Under the pieces are notes generated by a model. It searched no databases and was not told the origin of the DNA. It saw only the letters and a list, made by a program, of their open reading frames with translations. Source: an uncultured Verrucomicrobiae bacterium (lineage in GTDB: Bacteria > Verrucomicrobiota > Verrucomicrobiia > Limisphaerales > Palsa-1400). From it: a stretch of DNA of 64,000 bases. This document shows, piece after piece, positions 22,801 through 34,805 of the stretch. The translations under genes were made by a program, and so were the position numbers. The stretch spans positions 32,001-96,000 of the forward strand of contig CAVPOM010000017.1 in the NCBI GenBank assembly GCA_963707025.1, read 5' to 3'. Position 1 is the stretch's first letter. Each line of letters begins with the position of its first letter.

Positions 22801-24162
22801 CGCATGAAGTCTCCAAAATAGCGCGGGAGACCGGGCTCTGGATAAGTCGCGCACCTTCAGTCCGTGGAGTCACACGGTCAGTTTGCTGGACGCGCAACTC
22901 ACCCATTGCATCGGACTCAACGATCTGTGCGACTCGCTGCAATTGCATTCCGGGCCGCTGTCCACTTTGCGCGGCGCCAGCGCCCCCAGCCGCAACGGCC
23001 TCTCCCACGCCAACCGGGAGCGTCCGGCCCAGATGGCCGAACAACTCTTCTGGCGGGTCCTGGAGCATTTGAAAGCACAGACGCCCGGCTTTGCCGCGGG
23101 CCAGCGCCGTGGCCCCGCCTTCCGTTTCAAGATGCCCATCCATGTGATTGATAGCACGACCATGGAACTGGTGGCCAACTGCCTGGACTGGGCCAAGCAC
23201 CGCCGGCGCAAGGCCGCCGCCAAAACCCATATGCGGTTGAATCTGCAGAATCTTTTGCCCGGTTTTGTCATTGTGGACACTGCCGCCGAGCACGACAACC
23301 GACGGGCGCGGGAACTGTGCGCCGACTTGAAGAGCGGCGAAATCGCCTTGTTCGACAAGGGTTATGTGGACTTCGGCCACTTGCGGGATTTGGACGGGCG
23401 CGGGGTCTTTTGGGTGACGCGGGCCAAGGAGAACATGGGCTATGAGGTGGTGCGGAAAATGCCCGCCTCCAGAGACCCGAAGATTTTGCGCGACGAAGTG
23501 ATCGTCCTGAGCAACGAGAACAAACCCGCGCCGGAGTTGATGCGCCGGGTGGTGGCGCTGGTCGAGATTGATGGAGAGGAACGGGAAATGACCTTCCTGA
23601 CCAACAACCTGGAGTGGAGTCCGCGCAGCGTGGCCGACCTTTACCGCTGCCGCTGGCAGATCGAAGTCTTCTTCAAACAAATCAAGCAGACCTTGCAGTT
23701 GGCGGATTTTCTGGGCCACAACGCCAACGCCGTGCGCTGGCAGGTGTGGACGGCGCTGTTGACCTACGTGCTGTTGCGCTACCTCAGTCACCTCTCCAAC
23801 TGGGCGCACAGCTTCACCCGGCTGTTCACGATTTTGCGGGCGGCGCTCTGGGAGAAATATGATCTGCTCAATTTGCTGGCGTGCTATGGGACAGCAGGCG
23901 GCAGCTTTCGCCACTTGGCGCGGCCCGAGCAGGCGTATTTCCCCGGCTTCCAATAAAGCTATGGGACAGCACACGCGCCCAAACAGGCGCATACCAAACC
24001 CAAAAGCCAAACTCGGAAAAATCAAAATCTCATTTTACCCCGAAGACCAATTAAACCCTTGCAAATGAACAGGTCAGCACCAGACTTTTCCCCTTATGAG
24101 ACGGGTGTGATTACAATTCACCGACAAACCGGCAGCAATTCTACCGTGCTGTGCCACAATAA
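19809..24162 (+). pseudogene. Secreted 14-Kelch-repeat + Ig-domain protein; last 15 codons separated by IS4 copy 2
   Basis: 14 HTATLLPNGKVLVAGG-type repeats; Ig domain (YQW..NAGAYTV); removing the IS gives ..YIDYNSPTNRQQFYRAVPQ* ending at 24162. Confidence 0.88.
22660..24109 (+). mobile_element. IS4-family insertion sequence, copy 2 (1450 bp; transposase frameshifted near 22835)
   Basis: Matches copy 1 except CCGGGG>CCGGG; 9-bp TSD ATTACAATT at 22651-22659 and 24110-24118. Confidence 0.95.
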
Positions 24163-24256
24163 CCGGTTGATCTAAAAACGTGCAGGTGCAGATGCAGGTC
24201 TGACCCCTTTGATCTTTGTGTCAATAGTGAGGACTGAAACCGGCACACCGGCACTG

Positions 24257-26507
24257 TCAATTCCCAGAAACGACGCGGAAGAACTTGGCAGGGATCGCAT
24301 TTGAGATGGCTTCGGTATAGAGCGCGGGTTGGCCGCTGCTGGTAGAACTGTAAACGTCGGTCCACTCCAGGAGATTGGTGGAGGCTTGAATGCGATAGGA
24401 GACACCGTCCCACACATTGACAGAGAAGCTGAGCTGATTTGAGGTAATTCGTGGAGAACAAATCGAAGGCGGAATAATTCCGGACTGGAATATCATTCCC
24501 TCCGCGCCGCCAATAAGGAATGTCCCATTGCACGCGCAGATGCTGGAATAACAGCCTGGAAACTGAGACTGGTAGTATCCAAATAGACCCAGCGGCCTAG
24601 AGGCAGGATAACTTTCGTATCCGTCGTAGCCTTGTTGGGTGGAAGGCAACGCCGAGCCGGTGGCCTGCCAATGCACACCGTCACAGGACTCGAAGGTGGC
24701 GCCAGATTGGCCCGAGATGGCAAGGAAAACACCGCAGCAAAATGCGACGCCTGAGAATGCTTCACCGTTCGGATTGGTGTATTGAATTTGCCAGTTCAGA
24801 CCGTCGGATGAGGTTAGAATGACACCAGAGTAGGATGCGCCGACAAACAGGCCGTCGCCGTAGGCCATTTTGCAGATGGGCTCAGGCGAATTGCTTGGTG
24901 CGAGGGACCAGGTAACGCCGTCTGGCGAACTGGCCGCGATGTTTCCAGCGCAGGCATAAACGCCGTTGCCATAGTCCGTGGCGTAGAATGATCCAGCATT
25001 GGTCAATGAGACATTGGTCCAATTGAAGCCATCACCGGATGAATAGATGGCGCCGTTGTCGCCGACGGCAAAGAAGAGGCCGTTGGCATATTTGACTCCG
25101 TGCAGAGAATTGGTTGTGACTGAGTTGGTCTGCCAGTTGTAGCCGTTGGTGGTGGTGCAGATTCCGGCACTGCTGACGCCAACGAAAACCGCGCTGCTGC
25201 AGGCAAGATCGGAAATGCACGTCGGAGCGGGCGCATTGTCGCTGAAAAAAGTCGGCGCATAGCCTGATACCGCCCAATCGGATGCGTTTGTGGACACAAT
25301 GACGCTGAAATCGGGATAGCCCCACGAGTACCAAAAACTGCCCGACGTGGCGATGCAGAGGTTGGAATTGCAGGCCATGGCGACAACGAATCCACGGCGA
25401 TCCGGAAGGACTTCGGTCCAATTGGTCGCGTTGGTTGATACGACGATGGACCCGAAGTCACCAACGCCGACGTACTTCCCATTACCGTAGGCAACCGCGT
25501 TGAGTCCGTCTTCACAAATCGAAGAGGGTAATTCGGTCCACGTCATGCCGTCTGGTGCGGTGAGAACCACCGCGGGGTGATACTCAAGATCATAACCCGT
25601 GTACCCCACCGCAACGAATCCGCCCGCGCCGTGGGCCATGCCGGTGATGATGAAAGACTCGCTGAGGTACCAAAGCGTTTGGTAAGGCGGTGATTGGCCT
25701 ACGCCGTTGAGCCATTTCGTGCTTCCCCACCTATACCCGCCATGCGTTGAATAGAGAATTTCATCGGTCATAGGTGATGAAAATAGAGGCGCGTTCAAGT
25801 CGCCCCCGGCCACAAAAATGAGAACCCCCGTCACTGGCAACAGCGTAGAGATTGTTGGAAGTGCCCACATAAGCTGCGGGAATCTGGCTTATGCCTTGGT
25901 CGGTATTGAGAACAGTCCCCGAGGCGCCGACAACAGTGTAGAACGATTGCCAGGTAATCCCGAACAGGTCATTGGATGTTCCTGATGATATTTGGTACCA
26001 GTTTGTTCCGTAATCGCAGGCGATGGCGGTGCCCGTATCCCCGACGGCAAGAAACTGCATAAGTGGTGCGGCTGGCGGGCCAACAGCACCCCCGGAGATG
26101 GCTCGAAGCGCCGTCGTGGTGATAGCCGGCACTTGGGTCCAATCGTGGCCGTTCGTGGAGGTGATGATGACGCCGTTGTCACCGACGGCCCCATACTCGC
26201 CATTGGCGTAGGCAACGCCTCGAAGGCAGACGGAAGTTCCCGAAATCTGATTGGACCAATGAAAACCGTCGGTCGAAGTGATGATGGTGCCATTGTCGCC
26301 GACGGCGATGAATTGCCCGGCGCCGTAGGTAACGCCTTCAAGAATGTTTCCCTGGGGATGGGGGAATCGCCAAGCCCAATTGTTCAGCGGATCGGCCAGG
26401 CCCTCCATGGCAATCAGAAGAAAACAAATTCTCGACACCCGCCCTAGAAACGTCACAAGGGTAACCAGAAGGCGCAGGCCACAACTATTCCGCCGGTGTT
26501 CATTCAT
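24257..26507 (-). CDS. Secreted beta-propeller repeat protein with C-terminal F[YF]R domain (frameshift near 25830)
   Basis: Repeats L.GV.YG.G.F.AVGDNG.I.TS.DG..W across ORFs 25761-26507 and 24257-25870; ends AKFFRVVSGN. Confidence 0.75.
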
Positions 26508-26741
26508 TCAACTTCCTCCCTGCGTCAAAGGGGTCACGCATATCTTTGCCCAATTTGGATTTGAAGCACGGCTGTCATTCAGCAGCTCTGGAAGAAAGCT
26601 AAAGTGACCCCTCCTAAGCCGTCGAATAATCGTTTTCGATTGCTCTTTCACCTTGACGAACTGTGGTCAGATGATCGTGCCTCTAGTTGCCCACAACTGG
26701 CCTGTTTGCGGGACCAGCCCTCCATCTATCCCCAGCCAATC

Positions 26742-28597
<1,856 letters not shown>

Positions 28598-28749
28598 AAT
28601 ATTCTGACACCTTTTCAGGATTTGGGTTCATTAAAAGACGGCAATTTTTGCCGTTTGCAAATCCCGCAAAAAAAGGCGCGATTTCGCAAATTCGGAACGC
28701 CCCATGAGCCGCATGGCGCCCAAACCAGTCTAACCGCCGCCGCGGCATT

Positions 28750-28777
28750 AGAATACATAGTGTTACGATTATGTCAA
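28750..28777 (-). promoter_or_regulatory. Sigma70-like promoter TTGACA-N16-TATTCT upstream of rpoD
   Basis: Minus-strand hexamers at 28772-28777 and 28750-28755 in an AT-rich intergenic region. Confidence 0.55.
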
Positions 28778-28873
28778 AGACAGAAATGCAATAAATTGGC
28801 GATTTGGCGGCCGATTTGGGCTGTTTTTTATGTAAGTACTTGGAGTCGAAACACTTGCTAATACAAAAAGAAT

Positions 28874-31800
28874 TTAACATTTACAACGATTTTTCATCAC
28901 CTTGGCGGGCTTATTTGGGGCAGAACACAACGGCTTGTGGTCATCCCGGAGCAATACACCACCCAGAGCCTTTCCGGTGTGGCTTTGCGGCGACGCCGCC
29001 ACCTGTTCCGGCGTGCCTTGGACCACTATTCGACCGCCTTCCTCGCCCCCTTCCGGTCCCAGATCAACGACCCAATCCGCCGATTTAATCACATCCAAAT
29101 TGTGCTCGATCACCAGTGCCGAATGGCCCGCCCCGACCAGCCGTTGAAAAACCTTGAGCAGCACCCGCACATCATCAAAATGCAATCCCGTCGTCGGCTC
29201 ATCAAATATGAACAGCGCCGGTTTCTCGGCGCCTTTCTCCATCCTCCCTTTTTCATCCTCCGCACCCGCTTCATTGGCGCCGCATCGCGCCAAGTGGCTG
29301 ACCAGTTTCAACCGCTGGCTCTCCCCGCCGGACAAAGTGTTGATAGGCTGGCCCAGCCGCACATAACCCAGCCCGACTTCCTGCAAAAGTCGCAGACTGG
29401 CCGCCGCGCGCGCTGCGTGGCGGGATGGGCCAAAGTCGTTCAACCATTGGATGGCTTCATCCACCGTCGCTTCCAATAAATCGGCGATGTTCCAACGGCG
29501 GTGGCCGGCCGACTCCGCCGTGACTTGGAGAATGTGCGCACGGTAGCGCCGCCCGTTGCAATCCGGGCAACGGACAAACACATCGCTCAGAAACTGCATT
29601 TCGATTTTTTCAAAACCGGCGCCCCGGCAGCGTTCGCACTGGCCCTGCGCGGAATTGAAACTGAAGGCGCTGGCGCTCAAGCCGCGCTGCAGGGCGCCGG
29701 CCGTCCGGGCAAACAACTCGCGAATTTCGTCAAACGCCCCGATATAAACCGCCGGATTGGAGCGCGGCGTCCGGCCCAGCAAAGATTGGTCCACCGCGAC
29801 GACGCGCCCCAGGTGCTGCCATCCTTCCAGCAAAGGGCCGGCTGCTCTGGCCGCACCGGCCTCAGGCGTTTCGCCGGCTTGGTCTTCCGCGGCGCCCGCG
29901 CCGGCCGGTTCCCCGGCCAGCCGTTCCTGCAAGGCTGGCAGCAGCACCTCGCGCACCAGGGTGCTCTTGCCCGAGCCGCTCACCCCGGTCACACAAACCA
30001 GCCGGCCCAGGGGAATTTCCACGGTCACGTCCCGCAAATTATGCAAATTCGCCCCGCGCAAAATCAGTCCGGGCATGGCTGAGGTTCCGCCTGCGCCCCG
30101 CAAAGAAACCGGCCGCCGCGCGGGGATTTCAATCTGCTTTTTCCCCGCCAGGTATTGCCCCGTCAACGACTGCGGCGCGCGCAGAATTTCCGGGTAAGTC
30201 CCTTGAAAAACCACCCGGCCGCCCGAGGCGCCGTGGCCGGGGCCCAGGTCAATGATGTGATCCGCCGCCCGCAAGACACCCGCCTCGTGTTCCACCAGCG
30301 CGACCGTGTTGCCGGCGTCGCGCAACTGCCGCACGATGCGCACCAGCCGGGCGGTGTCGCGCGGATGCAAGCCCACGCTCGGTTCGTCCAGCACAAACAA
30401 AGTGTTGACGAGCCGCGAACCCAGGCAACTGGTCAGGCTGACCCGCTCGGTTTCGCCGCCGGAGAGCGAACGGGTCGAGCGATCCAGGCCCAGGTAACCC
30501 AGCCCCGCGTCCAGCAAAAAGGCCAGCCGGGAACGGACTTCGTGGAGCGCCAGTTGGCGCGAATCGGACGCCTTGGCCCCGGCAGGCCCGCGATCAGCCC
30601 ATCCACAAAGCGCAGGGCCTCCCGCACTGGCAGCCGGTAAAAATCCGCCAGCGTCAGGCCGCCTCCGCCTTCCGGCGCGTGCATCCGGTACAGCAGCGTC
30701 TCCGGTTGAAACCGGGTGCCGTGGCAAGCGGGGCAGGGATTATACTTGCGATAGCGGGCCAGCAGCACGCGGACGTGCATTTTATAGGCCTTGGATTCCA
30801 GCCAGCGAAAATACCCTTTGACGCCATACCAGGCGCGCGGCCACTCATGGGCCTTGTCCTGGCCATAGCCCGGGTCGCCCTCCACCACCCAGTCCTGCCA
30901 TTTTTTGGGCAAATCCCCGAAAGCCACTTCCACCGGCACTTGGCGCAGCTTGGCGAACTTCAACAAATCCGCCTGGCATTCCAGCCCGGTCTTGGTCTGC
31001 CACGGTTTAACCGCCCCGCCCGCCAAAGTTTTGGAGCGGTCTGGAATGGCGGCGTTGTAATCTATGGCGATGACCCGGCCAAAACCTTTGCAGGCCGGGC
31101 ACGCCCCCGTCGGATGATTGAAACTGAACAAAGCCGGCGACGGCTCGCGATACTCCAGGTCGCACGCCGCGCAGTGCCGGCGGTTGGAAAAATGTTTCAC
31201 CTCCGCAATCCCTCCCTTCTCCGCCAGCAGGTGAACGGCCAGTTTGCCTTTGCCAAAATGATACGCCTGCTCGCACCCCTCGACAAACCGCGCCCGGTTG
31301 GACTCTTTCAATTTCACCCGGTCCTGAATCACCGTCAAGCGGGCGGGCGGCGAACCTTGCAGGCGCGCCAGCGCCTGGTCCAGCGCCACCACTGCCCCGT
31401 CCAGCAGCAGCCGCTGATAGCCCTGGCGCCCGACCAGCGCCAGCGATTCTTCCAGCGAGAATTTCCCGCTCAATTCCAGCGTGAACGTCACCAGCGTTTC
31501 CGCCTCCGCCGCCTGCGCGCGCAGGACCGGCCAGATTTTCTGGGGCGGTTCCTGCTCCACCGGCCGGCCGCAACCGCGGCAATGCAAGCGCGCCAGTTGC
31601 GCCCAGAAAACCTTCGTGTAATCGGCGATCTCCGTCATCGTCCCGACGGTCGAGCGGGTGGACTTGACGCTGTTGCGCTGCTCGATGGCGATGGCCGGCG
31701 GAATCCCCTCGATGCGGCGCGCCTGCGGCTTGTCCATCCGGTCCAAAAACTGCCGCGCGTAGGGCGAAAAAGTTTCGATATAACGCCGCTGCCCCTCCGC

Positions 31801-31953
31801 AAAAAGCGTTTCAAAGGCCAGCGAACTTTTTCCCGACCCGCTCAACCCCGAGATGACCACCAATTTCCGCAAGGGCACGTCCAGGTCAATATTCTTCAAA
31901 TTATTTTGCCGCACCCCCCGGAGGCGGATGCAGTCCGGCGCTTTTTTCCTCAT
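28874..31953 (-). CDS. uvrA: Excinuclease ABC subunit A (frameshift near 30600)
   Basis: GLSGSGKSSLAF, GVSGSGKST, LSGGE x2, zinc-finger CxxC pairs, DEPTTGLH. Confidence 0.92.
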
Positions 31954-31962
31954 GCAGCCCAA

Positions 31963-31990
31963 AACGTAATCCGCCTCCCCGCCCTGTCAA
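31963..31990 (-). promoter_or_regulatory. Sigma70-like promoter TTGACA-N16-TACGTT just upstream of uvrA
   Basis: Hexamers at 31985-31990 and 31963-31968, about 10 nt from the ATG. Confidence 0.45.
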
Positions 31991-32111
31991 ACCGCAACCA
32001 CGGCCAATCCAGCCCAATCCTCATCGGGGAAATTTTGGGATGCGGATTGAAATAATGATGTATAATGGGAAGGAAAAGCGCTACCATCAAACCAACGGCT
32101 CGAATTGTAAT

Positions 32112-32330
32112 ATGACAGCAATCGCCAAGAAGATTGAAGAAGAGATCCAGCATCTGCCATTGGAGGACATGCTGGCTCTCCATGAGCATCTCATCATGTC
32201 CATCCATGAACGCGAAGAAGCCCGGAGTCTTGATCCGGCTTTCAGGAACGACATTCAGCGGCGCATAGACGAAATTGATTCCGGTAAAGTTCAAGGCGTG
32301 GATGCGCTGGAGGCACTCAAAAAGATGTAA
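32112..32330 (+). CDS. Addiction-module antitoxin component
   Basis: 72-aa acidic ORF (LPLED..DPAFRNDIQRRIDEIDSGKV) directly abutting a RelE/ParE toxin. Confidence 0.75.
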   Translation: MTAIAKKIEEEIQHLPLEDMLALHEHLIMSIHEREEARSLDPAFRNDIQRRIDEIDSGKVQGVDALEALKKM

Positions 32331-32575
32331 ATGCCGCGCCCAGGCAAACCAGTTCAACTGCACCCGGAAGCGCGAGCCGAGTTGCAGGAATCGGTCAATT
32401 TTTACCGGAACCGCGGCGGTGAACACAGGGTGGAGCGGTTCAAACAGCGAGTGGCGGACGGCCTGAATATCATCGCGTCCCAACCGGAAGGCCATCCGCC
32501 CGAACCGGGTTTGGTGGGTGTCCAGAGACTGCGGCTCAAGCAATTCCCTTTTTCGGTAGTGGGCTACTTTGAAAT

Positions 32576-32974
32576 TCAGCCATGAAGGCCACATTTGCAA
32601 ACCGGGCATATTCGCACGTCTTTTCCCGCCAGCGGGTTTTTGCATTGGGGGCAGACATATTTGACGGCCAGTTTACTGCCCCAATAAATCAATCCCAAAC
32701 CAAGGAATATCGGAACAATGAGCCAAAACCCAAAAATAATCACCAGAACGCCTACGCCTTGAATCAGGCACCCGCCCCCGGCCATTTCGATCTTTTTTTC
32801 GATTTGATATTCCGGGGCGGTTTGTGGCGTGAAATTTGGCGGGGATTGAGCCTCATCGGCCCACAAGAGGATGTTTTGGCCGCAATGCGGGCATGGTGAT
32901 TCCTGCCCTTTTGCCTCACTTGGAAACTCAATCCAACCACCACAACCCCCGCACTTCATTTTTAGGTAATCCAT
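32576..32974 (-). CDS. Zinc-ribbon membrane protein (transposon cargo)
   Basis: Four CxxC pairs (CGGC, CPHC, CPQC, CPVC) flanking two hydrophobic segments. Confidence 0.7.
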   Translation of the reverse strand: MDYLKMKCGGCGGWIEFPSEAKGQESPCPHCGQNILLWADEAQSPPNFTPQTAPEYQIEKKIEMAGGGCLIQGVGVLVIIFGFWLIVPIFLGLGLIYWGSKLAVKYVCPQCKNPLAGKDVRICPVCKCGLHG

Positions 32975-33136
32975 ATTAGCATGGTTGACATCGGGCGTTT
33001 TGTGAGATGAAAACCCCTAAACCCTTAATGTCTTTGCACTTAAAAAAAGGAAAAACGGTGCTTGTGATTTGCAACAAACGAACCGCCTCAGTTTCCCTTT
33101 CTGAAAGAATGGTTATTGCCTTCATTTGTGGTTTGG

Positions 33137-33328
33137 CTAGTTCCGTATCAAAGTCAGTATCTTTACGACCTTCCGTTTCGGCAGCCCGGTTTGGAGCTTG
33201 GTATCTCGCAGGGCGATTAAAACCTGCTGATATGCCTCGGCATAACTCAATTGGCGGTAAGCCTTAATATGGAAGGTGATATTGTTTTCGTCGTCTTCAA
33301 AAATAGTCAATATAGGCGGCTCAATCAT
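33137..33328 (-). CDS. 63-aa hypothetical protein coupled to the transposase
   Basis: ATG overlaps the transposase TGA (ATGA); MIEPPILTIFEDDENNITFHIKAY.. Confidence 0.5.
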   Translation of the reverse strand: MIEPPILTIFEDDENNITFHIKAYRQLSYAEAYQQVLIALRDTKLQTGLPKRKVVKILTLIRN

Positions 33329-34158
33329 GTGCCAATTAAAGCCACAACCTCTTCCAAAGTCCAGACGTGATCGGTCAAACCGGCTTCCATTGCCGGGGTG
33401 ACGCGCAAGGTTGTGTGAATCCGGCAAAAATTGTAGTGCATGAAGTGGATTGCGGCATGGTGCTTGTGGTTTTCGAGCTTTTTTGAAAAAGCATTCGTAA
33501 GCCGGGTGAACCGCCGATTGCCCATGCGGACGCTCAAGTTTTGCCGTTCAATGTGGCTAGTGGAAACCAAACGGCTGTCTGGATTGCCGCTAATGCGGTT
33601 TTTCCGTGCCCCGATGCAAACGGGCGGGGAATAACGGACTTCTGTGGCCGGGCCGTGTTCGTTGCCGTATAGTTTTACGAGTTGCGCGTAGTCAATCTCA
33701 GAGCCAAAGGCATCCTCCACGGCTTGCACGTAGCATTTCAGCCCGTCTGAGGTCAATTGGACGCGGCTGGCGAGCCTTCCCGCAAGGTCATTGATAAACG
33801 TGTAAGCATCTGTGGCATCCCGCTTCCCGCAATGGAAGCACGGAATCAGCTTTGTGTCGGAATCCATCGCAATCCAAGTCCATGTGTCGCCAAGCCCCTC
33901 CGCGCCTTTCAAATGTTCCGGCACATTGGCTTGCTTGCATCGCGTAAAGCTCCAAAGCTCGTCAACCTGCAAAACCTTGCACGGCAGGCTCCGCATGATT
34001 TTGTCCATGAAAGCGGCACAGGCCGTGCCAGCGGAAACCAGCATTCTTTCCACGGTCTTTTTGGCCGCCCCGGTCAGGCGGGTTGTGGAGCGCATGGAGC
34101 ATCCCTCCACCAGGCAATTGAGGATTTGAGCGCGTTTATCGGTTGCGAGTATATTCAT
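33325..34158 (-). CDS. IS1-family DDE transposase (single ORF with N-terminal HTH)
   Basis: LVEGCSMRSTTRLTG HTH; QVDELWSF, TSDG, STSHIERQN, RRFTRLTNAFSKK. Confidence 0.88.
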   Translation of the reverse strand: MNILATDKRAQILNCLVEGCSMRSTTRLTGAAKKTVERMLVSAGTACAAFMDKIMRSLPCKVLQVDELWSFTRCKQANVPEHLKGAEGLGDTWTWIAMDSDTKLIPCFHCGKRDATDAYTFINDLAGRLASRVQLTSDGLKCYVQAVEDAFGSEIDYAQLVKLYGNEHGPATEVRYSPPVCIGARKNRISGNPDSRLVSTSHIERQNLSVRMGNRRFTRLTNAFSKKLENHKHHAAIHFMHYNFCRIHTTLRVTPAMEAGLTDHVWTLEEVVALIGT

Positions 34159-34178
34159 ATTTTTCTTTCGTTGGATTT

Positions 34179-34207
34179 ACCATACGTGAACCGCTTTACG
34201 TATGCAA
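34179..34207 (-). promoter_or_regulatory. Transposase promoter TTGCAT-N17-TATGGT overlapped by a palindrome
   Basis: CATACGTGAACCGCTTTACGTATG dyad spans the spacer. Confidence 0.5.
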
Positions 34208-34285
34208 CTGGTTTATTTGAGTTTATCTTCACCATTTTAATCGTGTTGGCACGGCTTATGCGACAACCGCTTTACATATTCACGC

Positions 34286-34313
34286 TTGACATTATGCGAA
34301 AAGCGGTTATCGT
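34286..34313 (+). promoter_or_regulatory. Promoter TTGACA-N16-TATCGT for the divergent small ORF
   Basis: ATG at 34321 lies 7 nt after the -10 box (leaderless-like geometry). Confidence 0.5.
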
Positions 34314-34320
34314 GGAGCGT

Positions 34321-34533
34321 ATGAATAGAACAGCCCAAAAATTAGGGCGCATGGCACGCGGCGTTAAAAAGACACTGACGCCAGCCCAACGCCAGGCCGC
34401 CGCTGAACGCGCACGCGGCCTTGCCGCAATACGATGGCGCGGTCATGTCAAAAATACTACCAGAAAAACCTTGCATTCTCACATCCGGCGTGGCAAGATT
34501 GCGCCAGTAAATGGTGGAACCAGTGGGAGTTGA
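34321..34533 (+). CDS. Small basic protein (LGR..LTPAQRQAAAERARGLAAIRW)
   Basis: Has its own promoter; motif resembles small basic proteins seen beside IS1/IS1595-type transposases; 3' end antisense to the tRNA-like gene. Confidence 0.6.
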   Translation: MNRTAQKLGRMARGVKKTLTPAQRQAAAERARGLAAIRWRGHVKNTTRKTLHSHIRRGKIAPVNGGTSGS

Positions 34534-34607
34534 ACCCTCACTGCTCACACAGTGCCCCTCGCGGTCTAAACCCGCATTACGGCATCCGGCCAACGGGGAC
34601 TGGCCCC
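34512..34607 (-). tRNA. Non-canonical tRNA-like gene (9/3 acceptor/T-stem, long variable arm, UUA anticodon loop)
   Basis: GGGGCCAGT pairs with ACTGGTTCC, followed by ACCA; T-arm GGG-TTCAACT-CCC; anticodon arm TGCGG-GTTTAGA-CCGCG; variable arm CACTG-TGTGAG-CAGTG; D-arm atypical. Confidence 0.7.
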
Positions 34608-34736
34608 ACTATGTTACGCCTACGGCGGTCAGGTTGCCTTACGAGCATTATCACCTGACCGCCGTTGCCCTATGTCTGGCGGTCACGTACGGCGTTTTGA
34701 TTTACGTGAGCGCTATCGTTTTAGTTTCATAATCAC

Positions 34737-34805
34737 AAAAAGAAAACCGCCTCAGTTCCAACTCGAAAAACCCAGGCGGGGCATTTTGGAACCAAAGCGG
34801 TTTCT
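34737..34805 (-). terminator. Long hairpin with U-tract in the leader of the tRNA-like gene
   Basis: Minus strand AGAAACCGCTTTGGTTCCAA..TTGGAACTGAGGCGGTTTTCTTTTT. Confidence 0.45.

Noticed and set aside
18237..24109. Composite transposon formed by the two IS4 copies carrying the Kelch gene
   Set aside because: Each copy has its own distinct TSD, the outer flanks do not match, and the gene's native tail continues beyond copy 2
34512..34537. attL/attR tRNA fragment of an integrase-driven island
   Set aside because: The complementary 5' acceptor strand and internal arms are present, there is no integrase in the window, and no second copy was seen
34512..34607. Standard tmRNA or tRNA-Sec (selC)
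   Set aside because: Only 96 nt with no tag-reading frame between the acceptor strands; the anticodon loop is not UCA and the branch is 9/3 rather than 8/5
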